Assembly (NCBI GenBank): GCA_039683575.1 | Contig: JBDKRC010000245.1 | Span: 1 to 64,000 of the forward strand | DNA length: 64,000 nucleotides | Direction of reading: 5' to 3' | DNA from: Armatimonadia bacterium | Lineage (GTDB): Bacteria; Armatimonadota; Zipacnadia; Zipacnadales; UBA11051 | Shown: in pieces, positions 47,411 to 55,771 of the stretch | How positions within the stretch are numbered: the stretch's first letter is position 1 | How the letters are laid out: every line of letters begins with the position of its first letter | Translations under genes and position numbers: made by a program | The notes under the pieces: generated by a model | The model's input: only the letters and a program-made list of their open reading frames with translations | Database searches by the model: none | What the model was told of the DNA's origin: nothing

Positions 47411-47478
47411 GACTCCATTATACCCCTTATTCTGAAATGTCATTACTGTTTTTTCGCCAAATGGCGAATTTTTTTGAA

Positions 47479-47507
47479 TTGACAATCGAACAAACGTTTG
47501 ATAGACT
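47479..47507 (+). promoter_or_regulatory. Sigma70 promoter with a LexA (SOS) box between -35 and -10
   Basis: TTGACA(47479)-17 bp-TAGACT(47502); the spacer contains TCGAAC-AAAC-GTTTGA (47486-47501), matching the Gram-positive GAAC-N4-GTTY box. Confidence 0.85.
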
Positions 47508-47559
47508 CCGTCCCACTATCAAGCAGATCATCCGAAAGGACAAGCCTCATATAGCCGTG

Positions 47560-47817
47560 ATGCTGATGACCAAAACACTCGATGAACCCCTTGAGATCAT
47601 CGAAGACCACGCCGACCAGCCGCCGCGGCGCTTCCTGTGGCGCCAGCATGAAAGGCAGTTAACTGCCTGCGGCGCCCATTGGATCCAACGCGGACGGTGG
47701 TGGCTCGGCGAGACTCCTAAGTCGTATTTTCGCATAACCACGCTAGATAATATCACTATCGATCTTTGTCTCGACAGGGCGTCCCATACTTGGACTGTCG
47801 CTCGTATCTGGGATTAG
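47560..47817 (+). CDS. DUF6504-like small protein (ImuB C-terminal-like); start 47557-47566
   Basis: P-RFLWR...W...GRWW.GE..SYFRI...DL..D....WTVARIWD; directly upstream of dnaE2. Confidence 0.75.
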   Translation: MLMTKTLDEPLEIIEDHADQPPRRFLWRQHERQLTACGAHWIQRGRWWLGETPKSYFRITTLDNITIDLCLDRASHTWTVARIWD

Positions 47818-47836
47818 TAGCAAAAGCAGTACTGAC

Positions 47837-50800
47837 GTGCCATTTATACACCTCCATGTACACTCCAACTTCTCTTTACTCGACGGCGCTGCAACCGTCC
47901 ATGAGTTGACGCAGGCCGCCGCCGCGTTGGGCATGCCTGCACTTGCCCTGACCGATCACGACGGCCTCTACGGTGCCGTGAGGTTCTACCAGGCCGCCCA
48001 GGCCGCCGGAGTGAAGCCCATCATCGGCGTTGAGTTTACGCTTGAACCACTCACTTCCTCTCCATACTCCCCTCCCAATCCGCCCCCCACATCTCATCTC
48101 GTCTTGCTCGCGGAAGACAATGAGGGCTATAGCAATCTCTGTCGCCTTGTAACCGCCGCTCGTCTCGGGCAAGCACAATCCGCTGGCCCTTTTGCTCCTG
48201 AGTATGCAGCAGTTGATCGCGATCACCCGCTATTGTCTCAGGACAACCTGCGTCGACACTGTTCTCATCTTATCGCCCTGTCCGGATGCGAATGGGGGGA
48301 GGTGGCTCAGCTTCTGGAGCAGGGCCAGGTGGAGGCGGCACAGCGGGTAGCGCAGTACTACCAGGGGCTCTTCGGCCCAGGCAACTACTTCATCGAACTC
48401 CAGAACATGCTACTGGCCCCACCGCGTCACCAACTGCGCTATGCCCTGGTGCAACTCGCCCAACGCCTGGGCTTGCCGGTAGTAGCCACTAACAACGTGC
48501 ACTATGCCAATCAAGATCATGCTTGCCTGCAGGACGTGCTGGTCTGTATGCGACACAACAAGTGCGTCGATGAGAACCATCCCGAACGCAAGGCAAACTG
48601 GGAATACTCCCTAAAGTCTCCCGCCCAGATGGGAGAACTGTTCGCCGACCTGCCGCAGGCGTTGCAGGCAACCGAGGAGATTGCCGAACGCTGTCAGTGG
48701 CAATTGGACCTCGGGCGCTATCACTTTCCCAAGTTCGATCTGAAAGCCTTGAGCGGCAACCACCGCTCCAGATATCCCTTGCCCGATCAAAGCGAAGACA
48801 GTCACTACTACCTGCGCAAGTTGTGCTATGCCGGAGCCAAGTGGCGTTACGGTGACATAACTCCCGAGGTGGGGAAGAGGCTTGAATGCGAACTGGCGGT
48901 CATCGAAGACAAGGGGCTCTGTGATTATTTTCTCATTGTCTGGGACATCGTCCGTTTTGCTCGTGAACGTGGCATTCGCGCGACCGGCCGAGGCTCTGCC
49001 GGCGATTCAATCGTCAGCTATGTCCTGGATTTGACCCACGCTGACCCTCTGGCCTACGATCTGCTGTTCGAACGTTTCCTCAACCCCGAGCGGCACGGCA
49101 TGCCCGACATTGACATTGACTTCTGCGCCCGCCGCCGGGATGAAGTCACCGCCTATGTGTATGAGCGCTATGGTGCGAAGAGCGTGGCTGCTGTCTGTAC
49201 CCTCAACACCTTCCGAGCCCGCTCAGCCATTCGCGAGGTTGGCAAGGTCCTCGGCCTCGATGAAGCTGAGATGGGGCCGCTGGCGATGGCCTTCCCTTAC
49301 ATACGTGCTTCAAAGATTGAGGAAGCGGCATTGAAGCTTCCGGAGGTACGGGACTCCCCAGTTGATCTCTCAAACAAGGGGCTGCTAATCGAGCTCTGCC
49401 GGCAAATCAGCGGTTATCCCCGGCATCTGAGTGTCCATGTCGGTGGACTGGTAATCGGCCCCGAGCCGCTAACCAATATCATGCCCTTGGAGTTAGCGAA
49501 CAAGGGCATCGTCATCAGTGCCTTCGACAAAGATGACATTGAAGCCCTTGGAATGCTCAAGATGGACATCCTCGGGCTACGAATTCACACCGCGACGGAG
49601 GACTGTCTCGACCAGATCGAGCGGCGTACAGGGCAGCGTCTTGATATCGAGGCCTTGCCACTGGATGACGAAGCCACCTTCAAGCTCCTGCGCTCTACCA
49701 AAACCATCGGCCTCTTCCAAGTAGAAAGCCCCGGGCAGCGCAATTTGCTGGGGCGGGCGCAGCCGAAGCTGTTTGAGGAGATCATCGCCAACATCTCCCT
49801 CTTCCGACCCGGCCCCGTGCAAGCCGAGATGATCAAGCCCTACATCGCCCGCAAGCACGGCCGCGAGCCGGTAACCTATCTTCATCCGGCGCTCGAACCA
49901 GTCCTGAACAGCAGTTATGGGGTCATAATTTACCAGGAGCATGTGCTGCAGGTCGCGCAAGCCATCGCTGGCTTTACTCTGGGCCAGGGTGATCTGCTGC
50001 GCAGGGCAATGACCACTGACCGCTCGTACAAGGAAATGGAGAAGCTGCGCGAGCAGTTCATTGCTGGAGCGGTTGGCCAGGGCATCGATTACTTCGTGGC
50101 TGACCGCATCTTCGATGACATTGCGGGTTTTGCAGGCTATGGCTTTAACAAGGCCCATGGCGCCTGCTTTGCCCGCATAACCTATCAGACCGCCTATCTC
50201 AAAGCGCATTACCCGGCCGAGTTCCTGGCCGGTATTCTCTCAGCCCAACCCATGGGCTTTTATCCCCCGCGTACCATAGCAGAGGAGGCTAAACGTCTCG
50301 GCATCGCCATACTTCCCCCCTGCGTAAATCGCAGTGAAGCCACCTATAGTGTTGAGACTACCGACCGCTTTTCAAAGGTCGGTTCCGATACCCGTGGGGC
50401 CAGTGCTCGTACTCGCTCTGGCCTCGCCATTCGAGTCGGCCTCCGCCTGATCTATGGCATGAGTGAAGCTGCCATGCATTCAATCCTGAGCGCTCGGCAG
50501 CAGAATGGCAGCTTTCGCTCTCTCCGCGACTTCTGCCAGCGTACCTCCGTACCCCGGCCGCTTGTTGAAAACCTCATCCTCGCCCGCGCCTTCGACTTTA
50601 CCGGCCTCTCGCCGTCGCAACTGATGTGGACTGTCTCTGCCTTGCCGCAAAATGCCGTCGCCGACCAACGCGGCCGGCACCGGGCGCAGGGCCTCGATTT
50701 TGCGGAGACGGAACTGGTCGCCGAGGAGCTTCCTCCGCTGGATCCAGAAACCCCGCTGCAGCGCGTGGCCCTGGATCTGCACCTGCTGGGCTTGAGTACC

Positions 50801-51220
50801 ACGATTCATCCCTTTGATTTCTGGCGCGACGAAGTCAGACGGCGCGGCGTCATTCCCAGTACCGACCTGTACCGGCACAAAGATGGTGATCGCGTGCGCA
50901 TCGCAGGTATCGTGGTGGCACGGGCGCGACCGCCAACCAAGAGCGGGCGAACCGCAATCTTCGTCTGTCTCGAGGATGAGCGTGGCTTGGTGGATGCTGC
51001 CGTGTTCGATGACTGCTATCAGCGCCACGGCCGCGCCATTGTCTCCTCTCCGGTACTCATGATCGAGGGTAAGCTCAGCCGCATGGGCAAACTCGACCTT
51101 TCTGTAATCGCCGATAAGGTCGAAGCCCTCCCGCGCTGGGAAGAGCTGCGCGCCCCGATCAATAACGGAGACGAACGTGATGCCAACTACATCTTCCCTA
51201 CAAAGAATTGGGGACAATAA
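47837..51220 (+). CDS. dnaE2: Error-prone DNA polymerase III alpha-family subunit (DnaE2)
   Basis: PHP HLHVHS..SLLDG, GRGSAGDS, MPDIDIDF, PRHLSVHVGG, KMDILG, QVESPGQ, QPMGFYPP, OB RPPTKSG; no tau-binding CTD; SOS box upstream. Confidence 0.9.
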   Translation: MPFIHLHVHSNFSLLDGAATVHELTQAAAALGMPALALTDHDGLYGAVRFYQAAQAAGVKPIIGVEFTLEPLTSSPYSPPNPPPTSHLVLLAEDNEGYSNLCRLVTAARLGQAQSAGPFAPEYAAVDRDHPLLSQDNLRRHCSHLIALSGCEWGEVAQLLEQGQVEAAQRVAQYYQGLFGPGNYFIELQNMLLAPPRHQLRYALVQLAQRLGLPVVATNNVHYANQDHACLQDVLVCMRHNKCVDENHPERKANWEYSLKSPAQMGELFADLPQALQATEEIAERCQWQLDLGRYHFPKFDLKALSGNHRSRYPLPDQSEDSHYYLRKLCYAGAKWRYGDITPEVGKRLECELAVIEDKGLCDYFLIVWDIVRFARERGIRATGRGSAGDSIVSYVLDLTHADPLAYDLLFERFLNPERHGMPDIDIDFCARRRDEVTAYVYERYGAKSVAAVCTLNTFRARSAIREVGKVLGLDEAEMGPLAMAFPYIRASKIEEAALKLPEVRDSPVDLSNKGLLIELCRQISGYPRHLSVHVGGLVIGPEPLTNIMPLELANKGIVISAFDKDDIEALGMLKMDILGLRIHTATEDCLDQIERRTGQRLDIEALPLDDEATFKLLRSTKTIGLFQVESPGQRNLLGRAQPKLFEEIIANISLFRPGPVQAEMIKPYIARKHGREPVTYLHPALEPVLNSSYGVIIYQEHVLQVAQAIAGFTLGQGDLLRRAMTTDRSYKEMEKLREQFIAGAVGQGIDYFVADRIFDDIAGFAGYGFNKAHGACFARITYQTAYLKAHYPAEFLAGILSAQPMGFYPPRTIAEEAKRLGIAILPPCVNRSEATYSVETTDRFSKVGSDTRGASARTRSGLAIRVGLRLIYGMSEAAMHSILSARQQNGSFRSLRDFCQRTSVPRPLVENLILARAFDFTGLSPSQLMWTVSALPQNAVADQRGRHRAQGLDFAETELVAEELPPLDPETPLQRVALDLHLLGLSTTIHPFDFWRDEVRRRGVIPSTDLYRHKDGDRVRIAGIVVARARPPTKSGRTAIFVCLEDERGLVDAAVFDDCYQRHGRAIVSSPVLMIEGKLSRMGKLDLSVIADKVEALPRWEELRAPINNGDERDANYIFPTKNWGQ

Positions 51221-51291
51221 CAACCGGCCCACCTGCTCTCTCGCACGCCTCTACAGCAGGATTGCCATTCTTCCCTGTCGAAGTTGCCTCC

Positions 51292-51768
51292 ATGTTCCCC
51301 TGGCGGCGTCCCCGTGACAACTGGCTACAGGACCTCATTCGCTCCCTGGAAAGCCTCCTGTTCACCCCAGCACATTCTGACGCCCCCCTCGCCAACTCTC
51401 CGCGTGCGAAGGGCACTCGCGCCGAGAATCTCGCCTGTGAGCACCTACGCCGCCAGGGCTACCGGATCCTCGAACGCAACTGGACCTGTCCCCGCGGCGA
51501 ACTGGACATCATTGCCAGCCGTGATGGCCGGCTGGTCATTACTGAGGTGAAGTCAGGCAAAGCTGACGCTCATTTCCGCCCCTCAATGCACATCAACCCC
51601 GCCAAGCAGCGTCAACTATGGAAGCTCACCGAGCAGTACCTCAAGAAGCACCACCTCCTCGGCACCGCCGTGCAGCTTGATGTGATCGAAGTAATATACG
51701 AGCCAGATGGCTCTCACCGCCTCGAACACCTGCAATCTGCAGTCCCCGACATCCGCAACTGGCGCTGA
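51292..51768 (+). CDS. yraN: YraN (UPF0102) family PD-(D/E)XK protein; start uncertain
   Basis: G..AE..A...L...GYRILERNW, GELDIIA, EVKS, DVIEV. Confidence 0.88.
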   Translation: MFPWRRPRDNWLQDLIRSLESLLFTPAHSDAPLANSPRAKGTRAENLACEHLRRQGYRILERNWTCPRGELDIIASRDGRLVITEVKSGKADAHFRPSMHINPAKQRQLWKLTEQYLKKHHLLGTAVQLDVIEVIYEPDGSHRLEHLQSAVPDIRNWR

Positions 51769-51785
51769 CCAGCAAGCCCCTGCCC

Positions 51786-51814
51786 TTGACAGACTGCCAC
51801 TGGAAACCTACACT
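51786..51814 (+). promoter_or_regulatory. Sigma70 promoter for leuCD
   Basis: TTGACA-17 bp-TACACT. Confidence 0.7.
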
Positions 51815-51909
51815 CACATTACAGGCTCCCGACATTCAGGGAGCCTGCACTTGTCCCTGTGCAGGCCAATACGGCTGCCGATGACCGCCGCCATTCGATG
51901 AGGTATCCC

Positions 51910-53163
51910 ATGACCATCACGGAGAAACTCCTGGCCCGCGCTGCTGGGCTGAAAAGCTGCAAACCCGGCGACTTTGTCACCTGCAAGCTCGACCTCGTGC
52001 TGGCCAACGACATTACCGCCCCCATCGCCATCGACCAGTTCCGTGAAATCGGTGCCGCAGACGTTTTCGATAAGACCAAAGTCGCACTGGTGGCCGATCA
52101 TTCGACCCCCACCAAGGACATCAAGGCGGCGCAACTGGTCAAGAAGATGCGCGACTTTGCCGCCGAGATGGGCATCACCAACTTCTATGAGGGCTGCCAC
52201 GGCGGCATCGAGCACATCATCCTGCCCGATTTTGGCCTGGTGCTGCCTGGCGACGTGGTGATCGGCGCGGACAGCCACACCTGCACATACGGCGCCCTGG
52301 GCGCTTTCTCAACCGGAGTGGGCTCGACCGACGCCGGCGCGGCCATGGCCACCGGTGAGATCTGGTTCCGGGTGCCCGAGAGCATGCGCTTCTCCTTCAC
52401 CGGAAAGCCGGGCAAGTGGGTCACAGGCAAGGACCTGATCCTTTACACCATCGGCAAGATCGGCGTAGATGGCGCGCGTTACCGTGCCATGGAGTTCGTC
52501 GGAGACACGATTGAGAACCTGCCGATGCACGAGCGCTTCACCATCTGCAACATGGCAATCGAGGCCGGCGGCAAGTCGGGGATAATTGCGCCGGATGCCA
52601 CCACCGAAGCCTGGGTCAAGTCGCGGGCGAAGCGGGATTACGTCATGCTGCAGAGCGATCCGGACGCGCAGTATGCCAAGAGCTTCGACTGGAAGACCGC
52701 CGACATTGAACCGCAGGTAGCTTTCCCGCACCTGCCCGAGAACGCGAAGGGCATCTCTGAGGTGGGGGAGATCACCGTTGACCAAGCGGTTGTAGGCGCG
52801 TGCACGAATGGCCGTCTGGAGGACCTGCGGCTGGCTGCGGAGGTCTTCAAAGGCCGCAAAGTGGACCCGAAGGTTCGCTGCATCATCATCCCCGGCAGCC
52901 AGGAAATCCATCTGCAGGCGACGCGCGAGGGCCTGGTGGAACTGTTCCTGGAAGCTGGCTGTGTCTTCAGCCCGCCGACCTGCGGACCATGCCTGGGTGG
53001 CCACATGGGCATCCTGGCCGACTACGAACGCGCCATCGCGACCACGAACCGCAATTTCGTCGGTCGCATGGGCCACGTTACGAGCGAGGTATACCTGGCA
53101 AACCCGGCAATCACGGCGGCCAGCGCCATCCTGGGGCGGATCGGCAGCCCGGACGAGTTGTAG
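51910..53163 (+). CDS. leuC: 3-isopropylmalate dehydratase large subunit
   Basis: MTITEKLL, GADSHTCTYGALG, GACTNGR, TCGPCLGGH, TTNRNFVGRMG. Confidence 0.93.
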   Translation: MTITEKLLARAAGLKSCKPGDFVTCKLDLVLANDITAPIAIDQFREIGAADVFDKTKVALVADHSTPTKDIKAAQLVKKMRDFAAEMGITNFYEGCHGGIEHIILPDFGLVLPGDVVIGADSHTCTYGALGAFSTGVGSTDAGAAMATGEIWFRVPESMRFSFTGKPGKWVTGKDLILYTIGKIGVDGARYRAMEFVGDTIENLPMHERFTICNMAIEAGGKSGIIAPDATTEAWVKSRAKRDYVMLQSDPDAQYAKSFDWKTADIEPQVAFPHLPENAKGISEVGEITVDQAVVGACTNGRLEDLRLAAEVFKGRKVDPKVRCIIIPGSQEIHLQATREGLVELFLEAGCVFSPPTCGPCLGGHMGILADYERAIATTNRNFVGRMGHVTSEVYLANPAITAASAILGRIGSPDEL

Positions 53164-53197
53164 GCCCGCAGCACGAACCTATTCAGGAGATGATTCC

Positions 53198-53695
53198 ATG
53201 TCCCTAACGGGTACAGCACATAAATTCGGCGACCATGTCGACACCGACGTCATCATTCCGGCGCGGTATCTCGGCACAACCGACCCGCTCGAACTGGCGT
53301 CTCACTGCATGGAAGACATCGACACGGAATTCATCAAGAAGGTCAAGCCAGGCGATGTCATCGTCGCCGGGCGGAACTTCGGCTGCGGGTCCTCACGTGA
53401 GCATGCGCCGATCTCGATCAAGGCGGCGGGCGTCTCTGTGGTAATCGCCGCGACTTTTGCCCGCATCTTCTACCGCAATGCTCTAAATATCGGCCTGCCT
53501 ATCATCGAGTCTCCCGAGGCTGCGGCAGGCATCAACTCCGGCGATCAGGTCGAGGTTGACCTGGAAGCTGGCAACATCAAGAACCTGACGACAGGCGCCG
53601 AATTCAGCTTCGCGCCCCTCGTCGGCGCAGCCCAGGACCTGATCCGGGCCGGCGGCCTCGTTGAACTCACTCGGGCCAAGCTCGCCGCACGCTAG
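53198..53695 (+). CDS. leuD: 3-isopropylmalate dehydratase small subunit
   Basis: [30 protein letters not shown]. Confidence 0.93.
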   Translation: MSLTGTAHKFGDHVDTDVIIPARYLGTTDPLELASHCMEDIDTEFIKKVKPGDVIVAGRNFGCGSSREHAPISIKAAGVSVVIAATFARIFYRNALNIGLPIIESPEAAAGINSGDQVEVDLEAGNIKNLTTGAEFSFAPLVGAAQDLIRAGGLVELTRAKLAAR

Positions 53696-53765
53696 GAAGC
53701 CCGTTCCGCATAGTCTGAGATCACTCCGAATTAGCCTCCAATGGGAAAGTGGAGAACTGGTTGCT

Positions 53766-55139
53766 ATGGCCTTACCTGTAGTTGCAATAGTCGGTCGTAC
53801 CAATGTCGGGAAATCATCCCTGTTCAACCGCCTTGTCGGCCGTAAGCTGGCGGTGGTAGAGGACTTCCCCGGCGTCACTCGTGATCGCCTGTATGCCGAA
53901 GCGGAGCTGGACATTCGTCCGGTCCTGCTCATCGACACTGGCGGCATAGTCGGCGGCGAGGGCGACGAGCTCTTCGCCCGCGTCAAAGACCAGGCTGCGG
54001 TGGCCCTTAGCCAGGCTGATGCTATCATCATGCTTGTGGACGGCCCGGAAGGCCCCACCGCGCTCGATCACGAAGTCGCTGATATCGTTCGTCGCTCCGG
54101 CAAGCCTTACGTGCTGGCCGCCAACAAGATGGAGAAGACCTCGATGGACTCTGAGGCCTTCGCTGACCTGCGTCTGGGCCTGCCCATCGACGTCTCGGCC
54201 ATTCACGGCCGCGGGCTGCAGGAGTTGGTGGAGGAAGTAGAGGATCTCCTCCCGCCGCCGGAGCCGGAAGAGGTTGATGAGCGCAAAGAACTCGCGATAG
54301 CCATCGTTGGCCGACCGAATGTCGGCAAGTCCGCGCTGACCAACGCCATTCTGGGGGAAGAGCGCGTCATCGTCAGTGACATCCCCGGTACCACCCGCGA
54401 CTCCGTCGATAGCCTCTTTGAGCACAAGGGCGAAATGTGGCGGCTCATCGACACCGCGGGCCTTCGCCGCCGCGGCAAGCGAGTCGACACCGAGTTCTTC
54501 TCAAGCCTGCGCACGCTCAAGTCTCTCTCGCGCGCGGATGTCGCCCTGGCACTGATCGATGCCTATGAAGGCCCCAGTGCGCAGGACGCCCGCGTCGCAG
54601 GTGAAGCACACGAAGCCGGTCGCGCTCTCGTTATCGTCGCCAACAAATGGGACCTGCTGAAGCAGTATGCGCAGCCCGACGAAGAGCATCCCGAACTCGA
54701 TCCAGTCAAGGCTGAGAAGACGCTCAAGAAGGACATGGAGCGCCTGATCGAGCAGGAGATGCCCTTCGCAAGCTACGTGCCGATCATGTTCACCTCGGCA
54801 GCGTCCGGAGAAGGCATACATGAGCTACTTGGGATGGTCCGGACGGTCGCCGACAATTTCCATCGCCGCATCGAGACCGGGAAGCTCAACCGCACGATTC
54901 GCGACGCCATGGCCCGCCATGCCCCGCCTACGCGCAAGGGCAAGCAACTGAAGATACTCTACTGCACCCAGGTGCGAACAGGGCCGCCGACTTTCGCGCT
55001 GTTTGTGAACAACCCGCAACTCATGCACCTATCGTATGAGCGTTACCTTGTGAATGTCCTTCGCAGCGAGTATGACTTCACTGGCACGCCGATCAAGCTG
55101 CTGGTGCGAGCCCGCCGCCGGGAGGAGGATGACCGCTGA
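53766..55139 (+). CDS. der: Ribosome biogenesis GTPase Der (EngA)
   Basis: Two G domains (GRTNVGKS/DTGG/NKME; GRPNVGKS/DTAG/NKWD) and KH-like C-terminus. Confidence 0.96.
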   Translation: MALPVVAIVGRTNVGKSSLFNRLVGRKLAVVEDFPGVTRDRLYAEAELDIRPVLLIDTGGIVGGEGDELFARVKDQAAVALSQADAIIMLVDGPEGPTALDHEVADIVRRSGKPYVLAANKMEKTSMDSEAFADLRLGLPIDVSAIHGRGLQELVEEVEDLLPPPEPEEVDERKELAIAIVGRPNVGKSALTNAILGEERVIVSDIPGTTRDSVDSLFEHKGEMWRLIDTAGLRRRGKRVDTEFFSSLRTLKSLSRADVALALIDAYEGPSAQDARVAGEAHEAGRALVIVANKWDLLKQYAQPDEEHPELDPVKAEKTLKKDMERLIEQEMPFASYVPIMFTSAASGEGIHELLGMVRTVADNFHRRIETGKLNRTIRDAMARHAPPTRKGKQLKILYCTQVRTGPPTFALFVNNPQLMHLSYERYLVNVLRSEYDFTGTPIKLLVRARRREEDDR

Positions 55140-55771
55140 GCCAACAAGCTGTCGCCATCATCGCAATCATCGGCGCCTACCTCTTTGGTGGCACTCCCAT
55201 CGGCCTGCTGGTCGGTCGCGCCAAGGGCATTGACGACATCCGCAAGTACGGCAGCGGCAACATCGGTGCCAGTAACGTCCTCCGCGTCATCGGCGTCAAA
55301 GCCGGCCTCCTCGTATGGCTCACCGACGCTCTCAAGGGTTTCATTCCCGTTGCCATTGCCGCATGGGTCCTGCACCTGGGCGGTTGGTGGCTGGCCGGCG
55401 TCGCCGTGGCAGCCATCGTCGGCCACTGCTTCTCCATCTATCTTCGCTTCACGGGCGGGCGTGGTGTCTCTACGAGCCTCGGCGTCATCATCGGCCTCGA
55501 CTGGCGCGTCGGTCTGATCTGTTTCGCTGCCTGGATCATCATCGTCGCCATCACCCGCTATATCTCCCTGGGGTCAATGGTCGGTTGCGCGCTCTCCGTC
55601 CCGATCATGTGGCTGTTGGGCCGTGAAGTCTTCCTCATTGTGGCCTGTGTGGCCATCGCTCTTATCGTCATCTGGCGACACACTCCCAATATCCAGCGCC
55701 TTCTGGCCGGCACTGAGCGCAAGATCGGTCACAAGGAACAGGTTCCCCCGGCAGGCGATCAGCAATCGTGA
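55136..55771 (+). CDS. plsY: Glycerol-3-phosphate acyltransferase PlsY, probable CTG start
   Basis: Translated by hand: AYLFGGTPIG...DIRKYGSGNIGASNVLR...DALKG...GH..SIYLRFTGGRGV...TRYISLGS...HTPNIQRL..GTE; in-frame TGA at 55130. Confidence 0.9.
   Translation: MSQQAVAIIAIIGAYLFGGTPIGLLVGRAKGIDDIRKYGSGNIGASNVLRVIGVKAGLLVWLTDALKGFIPVAIAAWVLHLGGWWLAGVAVAAIVGHCFSIYLRFTGGRGVSTSLGVIIGLDWRVGLICFAAWIIIVAITRYISLGSMVGCALSVPIMWLLGREVFLIVACVAIALIVIWRHTPNIQRLLAGTERKIGHKEQVPPAGDQQS

Noticed and set aside
47224-47412. 62-aa + strand ORF or type I toxin
   Set aside because: No SD, no hydrophobic toxin-like helix, and it runs through hairpins better explained as a minus-strand RNA
47437-47559. N-terminal extension of the DUF6504 ORF in the track
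   Set aside because: It overlaps the promoter and LexA box; the real start must lie downstream
47727-47754. dif-like XerC arm TTTTCGCATAA
   Set aside because: No TTATGTTAAAT-like XerD arm 6 bp downstream, and it lies inside a CDS. Similar half matches near 44652 and 47122 also fail on spacing or the partner arm.
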